Assembly (NCBI RefSeq): GCF_009914755.1
Contig: NC_060946.1
Length of the DNA stretch: 64,000 nucleotides
From: the human T2T-CHM13v2.0 reference genome, Homo sapiens
Reading direction: 5' to 3' (one strand)
The notes under the pieces were generated by a model. It saw nothing but the letters and a program-made list of their open reading frames with translations, had not been told where the DNA came from and made no database searches. Positions within the stretch are counted from its first letter, which is position 1, and the number at the start of each line of letters is the position of its first letter. Positions 1-14,573 of this stretch are shown here, in pieces. A program made the position numbers and the translations under genes.

Positions 1-228
1 TGAGCACTACTGTTGCAAGGCACGACACTCATCAGTGAGGCCTGGAAAAGATGATAATCCACCTACACATGGTCCCTACCTACCTCCGCCCAATCTCTGT
101 CTACACACAGAAAAGCACTGAAGGGTAAAATTCCAGCCGGCCTCCTCCTTCTCACTTACTCCTGATACACCAACCTTTATGCACTCACACACCCCTTGTC
201 AGGGCCCCCGCCAGCTATGTCCTTGGCC

Positions 229-365
229 GAATGTTGCTTGCTGCCAAAGGAATCACTTAGGTGGCCTCTAAGCAGCCCCGGATCTGACAAGCTGGGTCTG
301 CTCTAGCACTGCTGCTAGACCCCTGAGGCCACAGCCAGACACGCAGAGGCTCTAAAGCAGTGCTC
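229..365 (-). ncRNA. SNORA50B: H/ACA box snoRNA, SNORA50 (ACA50) family paralog, intronic and sense to LARGE1
   Basis: Reverse complement is 137 nt, GAGCACTGCTTTAGAGCC...GCAGTGCTAGAGCAGACC...CAAGCAACATTC. The 5' hairpin basal stem pairs 356-364 with 305-313. H box AGAGCA is at 304-299, the 3' hairpin is closed by GCTTG/CAAGC, and ACA (234-232) sits 3 nt from the end. It is colinear with the SNORA50 sequence as I recall it. Confidence 0.88.
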
Positions 366-984
366 TGCCTGTTGCCAGAGCAGAGGACCCACACTAAGGA
401 GGACCCAGGCACAAGAAACCTGAGCTCAAATCCTCACTGAGACATTTCACGGCTGTAAAACCTTGGCCAAGTCACTGTCCTTCCATCAAAACAGTAGGGT
501 GTGGCCATCACCAACACTTGCCACCATGGTGCACCCCATAAATTAGAAAGCTACACGTCTCATGCGTCTGACAGGTCCCACAGCCACAAAGGGCTCTGTG
601 GTGGAAACACACACAATACAGCACAACACAACACACACCTGGCAACACTGGGCACTGCTGAAGCCTCAATTTTGAGCTGTTTTCAACAGCGTTGTCATGA
701 ACAGATTCTTGCAGAGTCTGTTCCACCCCCTTCCATCTTTTCTTTTAGAGTCTATATTTGGAGACAGTATTTCCCTGAAAATAAAAGCATTGAGTTGAAG
801 GGTCTATCATGGAGTTAAAGGATACGCACAATTTATGGTTCTTGTGATGACCTGGCTCTCTCCAGGAAGAGCGATGTTGATCCCACCAGTAAGTCAGATA
901 AGACAGCACTGCTCACGTCTCTACTTCATTCCAGCATGGAACTAAGCACTTCAGTTATTCTTTTCCAATACCACACAATGCTCA

Positions 985-1500
985 GCCCCATTTCACTGAT
1001 GAGGAAAGTGAAGTTATGGAAAGCAAAGCGACTTGTCCAAGGCAATGCAGTTATTTTGAGACAGAGCTGGGAGAAGAATTTAAGTCCCTAGAATCTTCCA
1101 ACTCCATTGTATCTGCTGAATTATTCAGGTCTTTGAGTTATCCCACACTATTTCCACAGCTTTCATTTATTACAGATAACCACAGGCCAGATTCTAGACT
1201 GGCTACTTTATTATATACACTACCGTGTTCATCCAAGTCAATAAGGCAATAAACATGATAATGTTTTCGATGATGATAATAGCACCTACCTACTACTGAA
1301 TGTTTAATACGTGCAGGCATTGTGTAAGGCACTTGCATTACCTTAACTCTAAAAATCTATGAGTTACCATTAACATGCCCAGTTTATAGATGAAAGAATT
1401 GGAGCTCGGAAAAGAAACATCACCCAAGAGTCCCACAGATGATAAATGGAAAACACATCCATCAATAAATGGATTTGAACACAGGGCTGGCTCCTAACAG
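985..1500 (-). mobile_element. MIR fragments (two)
   Basis: MIR core motifs cccatttcactgatgaggaaa and cccagtttatagatgaaagaattggagctc. Confidence 0.65.
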
Positions 1501-2284
1501 TTAACTGCCCCGGTGGGCGACAAGAAAGAAGGTTTCTAAAGATGACAGTGAGAAAAATCAGCATTCCATGTTGGTTTGTCTTCCCTGCAATGTGCTGGCT
1601 GTGTGTCGTTTGATCAGTGCTGAGTTTATTTCAACCCCATCAGACTGGCTGCATACAAATGCATGTCTTTCTCTTCTGGGAGCTGCTTCCCATTATAGCA
1701 AACATGGATCACACGGCTCAGCCCACACCCCCACACAAGCCTCCAGGGTACCGCCTCCAATGGCCAAGAGGGACCTCGTCAGGGCCTGAGAACAGAGGGA
1801 AAGCTCCCTCTCATGGCACCATCTGCACTGCAGAGGAGGAAACAGGAAGGGGGAGCTCCTAGAAAGCAGCAAGAGTATCCTGGTATAAGGGGTGAGCTTC
1901 AAGGCTAGGAAAGAAGCCACAGGTTCAAGTCCCAACTCGGCCCATAACTCAATGTGTTACCTGGGGTAAGTCAGTCTTGGTCACAGGACAACTAATAAAA
2001 TTATTAAACAAGTAACTTGATGTAATTTCAGATTCTCCTTCTGGAAGGGGATGGAAGAGGTTCTAGTAAAAATCAACTAAATCGCTTTAAAGAAAGGAAA
2101 TGATTCAGCAAATCCAGACAGAAGATACCTGGGCCTCAGATCATTTGCATAGCTAACCTACCTTCTTAGAAGTTCTTTTCGTCAAAAGACAGAGACACAT
2201 AAATCCCTGTGAATTGGCCCTTTTCTGCCCTCAGGCAGGTACAATCTCAAATTCTTCCTAATCCATGACATCTCAGATCCTGAA

Positions 2285-2442
2285 ACCACTGCAGAATGAA
2301 ACAGCCCTATGGACACCCTGACTTTAGTCCAGTGAGACTGATTTTGGACTTCTGACCTCCAGAACTATAAAAAAGTAAATCTGTATTATTTTAAGCCACT
2401 AAGTGTATGGTGATTTGATATAGTAGCAACAGAAAACTAACA
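2285..2442 (+). mobile_element. MLT1 (MaLR) LTR 3' fragment
   Basis: ggacttctgacctccagaacta...ttaagccactaag...agcaacagaaaactaaca. Confidence 0.8.
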
Positions 2443-3912
2443 TATATGTGTTAAGGTGTGTCTTCCAGAATGTCACCAGAAAGCAGCCTGAAAAAGCAAC
2501 CATCACCCCATCATCCAGTAAGAATTCTGTCATCTTCAGTAGATCCAGAACTGGCACGCGAGACCAATTCTAGCTGAATAATATCATGGCTACTAAAGAT
2601 GTGGGAGGGAATGGGGAAAACATGCTGGCTTCCCTCTCTCACTGCCCTGACACTAGATGCATCTGTCAGGTGAGAAAGGGAGAGCTCCCGGGGCCACACC
2701 TGCCCCCTGGCACAAGCAGGCCCATCATTTTACTGTGAGTCCATTAGTAAAATACAGGGAGTATCCAGGTGAATGGGAAAAACATTCAACCTCCCTATAA
2801 CAAAATTTATAAAATCAATGTTAGCTTGCCAGGGATCCTCTTTGACTGTAACTTAGAAAGTCTCAAGGTGTTAACAGCTGGAAGTGGTTATTAGGTTCCT
2901 AAAATCCTATAGATGGGGTTTGTGGCTATATTTCTGATGCAAAACAACCAAGACTGTCCAAGCACACACGCATCATGCTCCCTCCTTTCTCCAACTGCTC
3001 TGGCTTTGCAGCCAATCTTACTCCCTGGTCTCAGTTCTTTGGAATCAAGGGAACTTTCTAAAATATCAAGCTGCTTTAGAAAAGTGTCAATTTGTAAATT
3101 CTCCATTTGGCCCTGTCTACCTGCAAAGATACAGATAAGTCCGGGGGAAGCAAAAGAAGAGGATTTTGTGTCTCTTTTTAGTTTCCAGATGGAGCTGCCT
3201 CCCACAGTCGACCCACACACCCAAGTGGCTGATGTCACTGTTATGATTTTAGTAGCACTGTGAGGGCCCTGGGGGCGAGAACCCCCATAAAAATCAACAA
3301 TATCAAGCACATCTGAGAAAGCCAGAGAGAAACTAGGGAACCAGAGTGTGCTTAGCTCTGGAAGTGTCTGCAGAATTGCCAAGCAGAGACCCAGGATATG
3401 GACATCTGTGCACACACACAGGATGGAACGAGCCAGGGCCTTAGAGAGGATGACACTTGACCAGGCTGACGATGTCCAAGCTGCTGAGAAGGATCCAGTC
3501 CCAAATATCACCCAGAAGGACCCTTAGGGAAAATTCCCTTGGCCACTGTGTAGAATGTCAGGCTCAGGACTAAGAAAGCACCTATCCCAGAGGAGAAAAG
3601 AGTGTTTTCAACCAAGCTTGGCACTGTCGTGAGTCCAGCCTCCACGGACTGAATAGAAGTTAGGAGTTGCTGATATGGAGCTGCTATTGGAGGGAGGGAG
3701 GGAGGGAAAGAGAAAAGAAAAATCTAAGGGATATGACAGTGCACTGGGCACTGAGGCTGTCTATGGGGAAAAGACGCTCTGGAAGGGGGTTGTGGTGGCC
3801 AATGCGTAGACAGAGACCCTCATACCCAGCCCAGCCAGAAGCCCTCCTGAGTGCCCCTCACCATAACACAGACATTACATGCCTGCCTGAGGCATTTCAT
3901 ACCTTCAGGTGA

Positions 3913-4608
<696 letters not shown>

Positions 4609-5060
4609 GTCATTACCACTTTTATACCACTGAGCAAAATGAGACACACAGGAAGTAAGTGATTCTCAGAAGCCACCCCGCTCATCTGCAGCAGAGCCAG
4701 GTTTAAAATCCAGACCTCCAAGACCCTGAAAACACGATCCCACCACGCCACGAAGGTGCCTAGACCTGTGAGGTTGCTGGCGTCAGGCCCTGTTTTACAA
4801 ATAAGAGAGCCAAAGCTGAGGAAGGTGAAGGAACTTACCAGAGGGTCATGGATCTAAAAAGAGTGGCACTGGGACTCATATCTAGGGTCTATCTAGCTTT
4901 ACCCCTACTAGTCATTTGCATTGAATGCACGCCAAGACTGCACTTGGATTTAAACTCATCCTTGGTGAGGCAGTAGCGCGCTTCCTTCATAACTCATTCT
5001 CCTCTATTCAGGGTGGTCCAGGTGGCGTGGTTGTTTAGAGGTACCTACTCTCCATTTTAA

Positions 5061-5369
<309 letters not shown>

Positions 5370-5509
5370 GGCCAATGCTACTTTGATGTACTTTCCTCTC
5401 TCATCAGACCTTTGCTAGGCAGAAAAAAAAAAAAAAAAAAAAAGGAAAACTTCATCATCACCGTATAATTCCACTGTCCCTGTTGTCTATGTTCCCACTT
5501 GGAAAATGC

Positions 5510-6700
5510 TACTGCCGTTCAACAAATGTCTGTTTGAGTAGCTATACGAGCAAAGAACTACCCTGGGCACTTTCCAAAGAAGCAGAAGACAATAGCTCAT
5601 GACAGCAAGGCAGTTACAAGCAATTCAAGGAGATTGAAAAAAAAAAACAAAACTTAAGAATGCAGAATAATGTAATACAAATTGTATTCGGTGTTAAGCC
5701 TTTGAGGAATAAGCAGTCTGGGGAAAGGTTTTAAAGACTAACGTCTTCTCAGAAGAGACTGAACCAGTGAATCAAAGAATCAAATTAAAAATGAAAACTG
5801 GAAGAATTGGCCCCAGAAAATGGCTAGGTCATGGTCTAATGCATGATCATGGTGATGAACCAGCCAGGGAGCTGAACAAGTTAGGAAGACAGTGGCAAGG
5901 AAGGCTCAGAAGCCATACTGTGTGTCAAGGGGAAAGGAACAACTCGTCCCTGGCTGGCTGAAGAAAGGAGAATGGAAATGACAGCAGCAGGTGCAGAGAG
6001 TTCCTGGGGGACCACAAAAGGTTCTTTTAATCAGAGGCATTTAGACTGGACACAATGGGCACAAGGCACTCATTTGATTTTTCTGAGCAGAGGAATAGAA
6101 TGATGCAAATTCCTAAGGAATTCATAACATTCCAACAGCTCTGCTGTCATTTGAGTAGAATAAATCAAGATCACCACAATGGCAGGTACATCGATCCAAG
6201 TATAACGGAGTCGTCCTACACATTAGAGAAGGAAATGGCAAAATTCTTTAAAACCAGGGGCACATTTCAATGGGAAGTCATTACTTTGAAAAAGGGGCAT
6301 TAGAGTACACGATAAATGCTGTATGATGTTTTTTCTCAAAAGACCAGTTAAAACTTAGAAATTTCCAAAGCAACAAATGACACAGCTGCAGAAGACCTTT
6401 GGTAGTAAACTGTCCCAAATCTTTACGTAAGAAATCATTCGCTCATCATTTATTGTGCCCCTACTGTGTACGAGGCACTGTGCTGGATATAGATCCCAAG
6501 CAAGCAAGAGAGGGCCAAGTGTTATAGGAGCAGTTGTAGGGTGACAAACACCGAGCTCCAGCTTAATCCCACAGAGGTACAGCAGTTTCCCCAGGTGAAC
6601 AAGGTGAAGCAAGGCAGGAGAGAGAAGAGCCCTGCTAAGGGAGCTATGCAAGAGCAAGGGGTGGCCACCAGGCTCCCATGTTTTGTAACCTGCTGGAGCG
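5510..6700 (-). mobile_element. L2 fragments
   Basis: caacaaatgtctgtttgagt and catttattgtgcccctactgtgt resemble reversed L2 3' ends. Confidence 0.5.
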
Positions 6701-7088
6701 AAGCGTCCAGGGGGTCTGCAGCAGGATAGGAGACAGGGAAGAACTGAGATCCGAAGGTTAGAATGGATTGGTCTCTTTCAAGGGTTCTAACCCCTGTGTT
6801 AAAATCCTCTGCTATACTACGCCTCAATTTAGAATTCTTCACACTTTCGTTCAAATGTGTCCTAAAATATTGAATAGACCATGGGTCTGAAGGATACCCT
6901 GGAAACCAGGAATGAGGCCGACCTCCTTACTGGAGAGAAGTTAGGTGAGCTGCCCACAGCTGACCGATACATAGGATGCTGTACAGGAAAACTGCCTGCT
7001 ACCTATGGCCAAATGATATGAGCAGAAACACCTCTGAGACCAGACTAAAAGGAAAGAGCACAGAGAAGGGAAAAGGTAAGAATATGAG

Positions 7089-7403
7089 TTTGTTTGTGTT
7101 TGTTTTAGAGTTGGGGTCTCACTTTATCACCCAGGCTGGAGTGCAATGGTGTGATCATAGCTCACTGCAGCCTCAAACTTCTGGACTCCAGCAGTCCTCC
7201 TTCCTCAGCCTCTCAGGTAGCTGAGACTACAAGTGAGCACCACTATGCTTGGCTAATTTTTATTTTTATTGTTTTATTTTTTTTGCAGAGACAGGGTCTT
7301 GCTATGTTGCGTAGGTCACTCTTGAACTCCCGGCCTCAAGTAGTCCTCTTGCATCAGCCTCCCAAAGTGTTGGGACTGTAGGCGTGAGCCACCGTGCCTG
7401 ACC
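7089..7403 (-). mobile_element. AluJ
   Basis: Diverged dimer with J diagnostics (gatcatagctcactgcagcctc). Confidence 0.9.
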
Positions 7404-8078
7404 TAGAAATACGGGTTTTAAACAGACATTATCTTCTCCAGATTTCAGAAAATAAAGGTAAGAGCTAACGTGTGCTGCATATTGAGTGGTGTGCCATTTT
7501 ATAAAGGCAGAAGTCCAGAAAAGTGGAGTAACTTGTCCCAACCAAACCACCCAACAAGTAGAGCTAATGCCAAGATTCAACCCCAGGAAGTTTGAGTCTG
7601 GAGAGCATTAACCACTACCACTATCCCATTCGGCACAACCCTGGAACCCTGGGGATGGGGGAAAAAAAAAGGGCAAATCCTACCCGGACAGGGAAGCTGG
7701 AGCCTGGATTGCAGGCCTAACACTGGAAATGAATGGCCTTGAGCTAGTAAAGATGCCAGCCTCAGTGGGAGAAATGGCCCTGCACTGAGCATCTAAACAG
7801 CCTTCAGGCAGGCACGAGAAGACGGATCACAGGCTCGAAGGCTTCTAGAGGAGACCAGCACAAGAGGGGCATGTTCACTGAGGCCATGAACCCACTGGCT
7901 ATGAGGTGGGTCCAGCCATGGGGTAACTAGGTGAGTCACACAGTCCACTCCATCATCAATGGAAATTCATCAGGAAACCCCTCCTTGACTCTGAGTGGTC
8001 AAGAGACGAAAGAAATGGGTAGAGAAGTGGAGGAAACAAACAGTAATTAGAGTCACAGAAATTGAGGGGTGAGGGGTA

Positions 8079-8080
<2 letters not shown>

Positions 8081-8122
<42 letters not shown>
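8081..8122. repeat. (GT)21 microsatellite
   Basis: Perfect dinucleotide run. Confidence 0.98.
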
Positions 8123-8123
<1 letters not shown>

Positions 8124-9109
8124 TGCATGTGGGTAGCATGAAAAGCTGAGGCCAGCAAGAAAAGCCACTAACCTACTAGTCTCTAAAAAAGAAAGCAGAG
8201 GCAACAACACAGGGAAGAAAGCTTGACCCCCAGCATTCTTCAACAGCCTCAACCAGAGTGAAATTTAAATTATGTTTCCATGGTGCGGACTCTGTGCCTT
8301 AGGAATTTGCTCTGCATAATCTTTGTACTCACAGAAGGTATATGGTAAGTATTTGTCAACGGTGAGGACGACAGCTACACTTTTAAAGGTACCTAAATTG
8401 CCTACCCTGTGGCTAATCTGTTGTGTGTTTGTTCTGAAAAATTGCCCCTTTATGGAACCTCTCCATCTTGAGAGCAAAATCCCATCACTGAAGGGCTGAG
8501 ATGTGCTAAGAAGCAGCTCAGTGCTTCATTTCATATCTATTTTCTTATAATTAATCAGTTTTATTTTAAAAAGAGTAGGGGGATAGATATATCTACAGAT
8601 GAGGGAAAATAGATTCAGCTTAGAGAAGGATTATGCATAATAGTCCCAGAAGGTTTGGCTGTTCAGATGATCATTAAAGGAATGGATAGTTGGTTTCAAA
8701 AAAAAGTCCCAGCTCCCCCAGGATCAGATAAAGAAAAATGAGAGGGCTGTTTCCACTGCCTTCTGGAACCACATTAAAATGTATCCCTAAACAGCCTTTC
8801 GCTAGGAATCCCCCCTGCTATTCCACTAGTACATAAATGCAGAGAACCACATCTGGCTACTGGGAAGCACATCAATCACAGCTCAGGATTCATTCATTCC
8901 GCGGTCGCTGGTGGTTTATTTGAAACACACAAGCCAGCACACACAGCTGGACACAGCAAACCAGGTTGGCACTCTTAATTACCTAATTGGTGGTTCTGTT
9001 GTAGGCTCTTTTTTTTTTCAGGTTAAACTTTCTTAATGCATAAATGATCGATCCATGTATTTGTTTACTCTTCTTCCTTGATATTCAGCATTTTAAAATG
9101 AGTGCCCAG

Positions 9110-9400
9110 GGCTGGGCACAGTGGCTTCCATGTGTAATCACAGCACCTTGGGTGTCCAAGGTGAGAGGATCACTTGACCCCAGGAGTTCAAGACCAGCGT
9201 GGGCAACATGGCGAGACACCGTGCCTACAAAAAATTTAATATTAGCCAGCTATGGTGGCATGTGCCTGTGTTCCCAGCTATTTAGGAGGCTGAGGTGAGA
9301 GGATTACTTGAGTTTGGGAGGTCGAGGCTGCAGTGAGCCAGGATGGTGCTGCCGCACTCCAGCCTGGGTGACAGCAAGACCCTGTCTCAAAGAAAAAGTA
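9110..9400 (+). mobile_element. AluJ
   Basis: Dimer with TSD aaaatgagtRcccag at 9095-9109 and 9484-9498. Confidence 0.92.
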
Positions 9401-9402
9401 AA

Positions 9403-9480
9403 TAACGTAACGTAACGTAACATAACATAACATAACATAACATAACATAACATAACATAACATAACATAACATAACATAA
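9403..9480. repeat. Compound pentanucleotide repeat (TAACG)3(TAACA)12 in the Alu tail
   Basis: Read directly. Confidence 0.97.
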
Positions 9481-11002
9481 AACAAAATGAGTACCCAGTG
9501 GTCAATAATGAAAGCAGAATCATCCTGGAAACTGGTCCATGCAGACTGACTCCTGCCCTCCTACCAAGTTGGCTACTACAGCTGAAGTGCCCACTCTCCT
9601 ACCACTGTGGTGACCAGCAGGCCAGAAATGTTGCCCCTCTTCCATCACACACATGATCATGTAATTCCAAAGAAATGAGAAAAGCTGGTCTTGGCCTGGA
9701 AAAATGAGGAGCCCCTCGTTCAGAGAACAGCCTCACATTCAAGAGCATGGCAATAAAAAACTCCAGCTCTAGAGGCAGATAAGGCTGGTTCAACCCTCGG
9801 CTTCTCTGGCTGTGTACCATGGAGACGTTCCTTACCCTCACTAAGCCTGAGGCCTCATCTGTAAACTGGGGGACATAATTACACTCACTTAGTAGAATTA
9901 GATGACCAAAGTCAAAAATGAGATAAAAGACAACACATAATCTGTTGGGGACAATGACAAATAATAACTGCTTTAATCATATAAATGCCAAATTAAGAAC
10001 TGTAATATAAATTTACCTTGATAACAAATCAATTGAAGAAAGGAAAAACAAAAGAAATTGGCAGGATAATCTCCACTGCTCAGGTAAAACTGACTGTGGC
10101 ATGGTCCTATGTTGCTACTCAACTTGTTCTCACTCAGGCCTGTGGCCTCCCTTGGCCCAACTGGCCTCAGGTACTTGCGTGAAAGAACAGCAACCACACG
10201 CAGGTCTCTGACCCATTCAAACCCCACTCTGCTCCATGTACCCTAAATTCCAATCTACGCCATCTCAGGTTATGGAAAGATGGCAGGTGATTACCTCGTG
10301 TGTAATGAACATAGGACACATTCCTCACCCGCTTCAGATTGTCCTCTGAAATTCAAAGGCAGTCCCCTCTCATATCCTTTGGAGGCATGCTGCCAGAAGG
10401 ACTTGTTGGCAAGAGGTGGAAAGAAATCAGGAAGGAGAAGAGACTATTTAAGAAGCAGGACTATCTGAACTCCATGCTCAATTGATGGAGGCTTCACTTC
10501 CACCATCTTTGGGCTCCTACCTTTGCATGAGAAGCTTGGGCTAGAAAGAATCAGAATTAGGGTCGTTCCTTCAAAATCTTCACTTTACACAATCAAAAAT
10601 GGATGTCCAGAGAAAATTAAGTAGTTGTATGAGATCACCCAGTTAAGTTACTGGCTAGGTCAGGCCTACAACCCAGAGTTACCTGCCTATCACCACAGGC
10701 GTTTCTCATGTCTTAACATCACTCATGAATCTCTTTTGACCACCAATAGGGTGGTCTTTTTCCAAGCTCACTGAGTCCTCCCATACTTCTTAGAGGTACA
10801 ACAGATCCATGTCGTCCTGCTTCTTTGAATTAATGTTCCTAAGGGCAGGCTGGTAACTGGATACTGGGTAACGCCTGGGTGACTTTCTCAAAGTGGTCTT
10901 CCTAGCTGGCTGCACTCTCATCCCCCCACTGCATATGCAGCTATCCTTTTAAACTGCAAAACAAACATTCTTCCATAGCCCCATCCCCTAGTACTGTCTA
11001 CA

Positions 11003-11140
11003 GCAGTGGCTCCTAAACTTTATCCAGCATCAGGGTCCTCTGGAGGGCTGGGTTAAATGTAGGATCGCCAGGCCCTAACCCCCAGAGCATCTGCCTCTGA
11101 AATAGAGTCCAAGCATTTGTATTTCAAACAAGTTCCCAGT
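11003..11140. mobile_element. MER5A-like hAT fragment
   Basis: cagtggctcctaaactt...gcatcag...ctggagggct...tttcaaacaagttccca. Confidence 0.7.
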
Positions 11141-11609
11141 TCAGAAATTCTCTTCCCCTAGCTCCCCAAACAACACATGGCAAGGACTGGAAAGCAGATG
11201 AGCCCCCAGTTGCAACTGCAGTGGCATCGCACAGGCTAGGCTAAAGTTGTCACGCTCACAGGATCACAGACATCATTGAGCAAAGGGCCTCCATGGAAAC
11301 GCGGCAGATCCCAGCTGACAACGGCTTTCCTTTCACTGTTCTGAAACCAGCACTAAGAAATTTCTCTAAAGAGTTACAAACCATCCACAAGTTTATTTAA
11401 TTTTGAGTTAATTCCCCATTACTAACTACTAATTCCAAATTCATGTTTCCCTCCCAATACATTGTCCCAGTTCCTTGCACAATGTACACTCCAATTTCCA
11501 TCTCACCCCATATACTTAAGTATGATCAACACAGGTCACAGGTACCTCTTACTTTGGGAAACAGTGATAAGCCTTCAAATCTGTTCCCATAAAATGACTC
11601 CTATATCCT

Positions 11610-11793
11610 CAGGTTGATGAATTTAGGAAATTAAAATACAGGATGGCCGTTAGATTTGAATTTATGATAATAAATTTTTTGCATAAACATATGCCCTGCA
11701 ATATTTAGGATATATTTATACTAAAAAAATTGGCCATTGTTTATGTGAAATTCCAATTTAACAGAGGGAATTACATTTTCATATGGCAACTCT
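11610..11793. mobile_element. MER53 palindromic MITE
   Basis: aaaatacaggatggccgttagatttgaattt...aaattccaatttaac...atggcaactcta, internally palindromic. Confidence 0.75.
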
Positions 11794-11819
11794 ACTTCAT
11801 CTGTGCATTTGTTCAGAAA

Positions 11820-12144
11820 TTTTTTTGTTTGCTTTTGTTTTCTTTGTTGTTGTTGCTGTTGTTTTGAAACAGAATCTCAGTCTGTCACCCAAGCTCAAAA
11901 ACAGTGGTGTGATCACAGCTCACTGCAGCCTTGACCTCCCAGGCTCAAGCAATCCTTCTACCTCCTGAGTAGCTGGGACCACAGGCAAGTACCACCACAC
12001 CCAGCTAACTTACATTATTTTTTGTAGAGACAGGTTTTCACCATGTTGCCCAGGCTGGTCTCGAACTCCTGCATTCAAGAGCAATCCACCTGCCTCGGCC
12101 TCCCCAAGTGCTGGGATTACAGGCATGAGCCACCACACCTGGCC
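11820..12144 (-). mobile_element. AluJ
   Basis: Diverged dimer with a (GTT)n-degenerated tail. Confidence 0.9.
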
Positions 12145-14225
12145 ACCCCCAAAATATTTACTGAGCCTCTATTATGTGTCACTTGCTGTAAATACAAGAC
12201 ATGGAGCCAGAGTGTGTTAGTAAATGTTTAACAACCGGTTCCTAGGAAGTGGATAAATTTTACTGTTGGCTCATAGTTGAAGACCCTGCAGCCATCCTGC
12301 AAATATGAGAAGGCGAAAAGACCTGCAGAGATGCCCATTCAGAGCACAGACATTATGGAACCACAAAACCAGTGTCAACAACCAAGATCTCGTTACATAT
12401 CAAATGAATGAGTTCTTACTTGTTTAAACCATTAAACAACTTAATTGTTTTTTGTTGTTATTGGAAATGACAAATGATTCCCAACTGATACCCAAAGGAT
12501 ACCCCTCTTCACTGTATATGTTGTACTCTCCCTCTCCAAATACATCAACACCTATTTCTGCATGGTACATGTTGGTGGGTCTCTTCTTTCCTCCCTCCAT
12601 CTCCTTCATTTATTCACTCATTCATCCACCCACTCACTTACCTTCCTACCCATTCATCCACCCATCTACCCCCACAGTGCACCATGTATTTATTGATTCA
12701 TTTTCTTGCAATATCCAACGAAACCAGGCTCTAGAACTATTGGGAGGCATACCAGTGAGTGCTTCTGACTGATTCTGAGCCAATCACCAACATTTTCCAT
12801 CAGGGGCCTCTTTTGGAGGAGTATTTTGTGAATCTGCTCTCAGCTGCTACCACAGAATGAGAGCTTTTTCTTTTCTTTTCCAGTATTGATACATTCCTGG
12901 ACTCTCTGTTGACCCAGTTCTTCTCCTCATCTACTCAGTATTTCCTTGGGGTCAGATTATAATCTTGGAGAAATCCAGAAAGCCACAGAGGAGCCCGTAA
13001 AGATCAATAAATCCACTTGAGAACACTCAAATCCCCACAGTGGAATCGAGGGCTTGAAGCCACAAGTTATCTGAGAAGGCTCTTGACCCAACAGATGCTT
13101 CTTTTGTGAACAATCCCAAGCACTAACGAATGTACTCAAGAAACCAACTAGCACTATTTCTGTGATGTGACAAATGAAAAAAGAAACAAGGAATGAAGGA
13201 TGAAAACTAATAAAATCATACAGAAAACCACTTAACTAACCATCCTGAAATCTCATTTCAAATGCATTCTGCCAAAGTCGCTTTGTCCCCATGAGCCAGA
13301 GTGTCCACTCCTACTCCAGGCCTCTGTGCCAGGCCTGCCCAGACCAGTCACCACTCATGTCCCCCCTGAGCAATCCCTTTATTTGGCATCACTCTGTTTT
13401 CATTCCTCCCATCTCGGCTCTAAAAGTTCCCTTTCTAATCTCCAGGTTCCTGCCATACTTTGTGAGATACGCCATTTGAAGATAGGCTCAATCACAATAT
13501 TGCAGTAGAGACAACCTTTCCATGTGGTTGCAGAAAATTCTGAACACTATCTAGGCTTTCTCTTCAAGCACACCAAATATGCCGTTATTTACTGTCACCT
13601 GAGGTTCCCTTATTAGCACACAGACTATGTCCAGAGAACAAACACCTGGGGATCAATACCAACAGGCTGACCAAAGAAGAGGCCCATCCTCCTGCTCTGA
13701 GAACCCCCGGCTAAGTGTGACCCATCAGGACCTCAGCTGCTCACCAAAGACAGCACTGTGGAGAGCCAGACCAGGTGCTGGGAAAAATCCAAGATAGTGA
13801 CCAATTTATGAGAGGAACTAGATTGGACAAACTGGAAGGCACAGACTGAGGCTAAGAAAATAGGACAGGAGGCTTTTTAGAGGAAATCTGTTCATACTGA
13901 GGATAATTAATGAATGTGCTGAATGGACTCTCAGAGGTAGTCACAGAAGCTGAAGCCATGATTTTTAATAGACATAGGTTCTTATTGGGTGAAAACAACA
14001 TGAGCTTTTTGGCTCGCCACATGGCCAGTGGGCTAAGTTCTTTCCATCCTGATCCACAGTTATTTTATGGTGAGGTGCCTTCCCTATCCTAACTCCAATC
14101 AATGCACGTTCATGCCCCTGAAGACCTCTCAGTGAAATAAGTGGAGGTGGAAGACAGTGATACTGATAATCCTGAACCTGTGTGGGTCTCAGCTAAAGTA
14201 AAGTGTGTACTTGTATCTTTGTTTT

Positions 14226-14573
<348 letters not shown>

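Noticed and set aside
2891-3511. Longest ORF (206 aa, - strand) and the overlapping 116-aa ORF
   Set aside because: It starts at GTG, resembles no protein I know and has no clear splice signals. An ORF of this length is plausible by chance in 64 kb.
12637-12645. Consensus donor AAG|GTAAGT on the - strand (also CAG|GTGAGT near 53755)
   Set aside because: There is no plausible upstream acceptor, and isolated donors are common in long introns.
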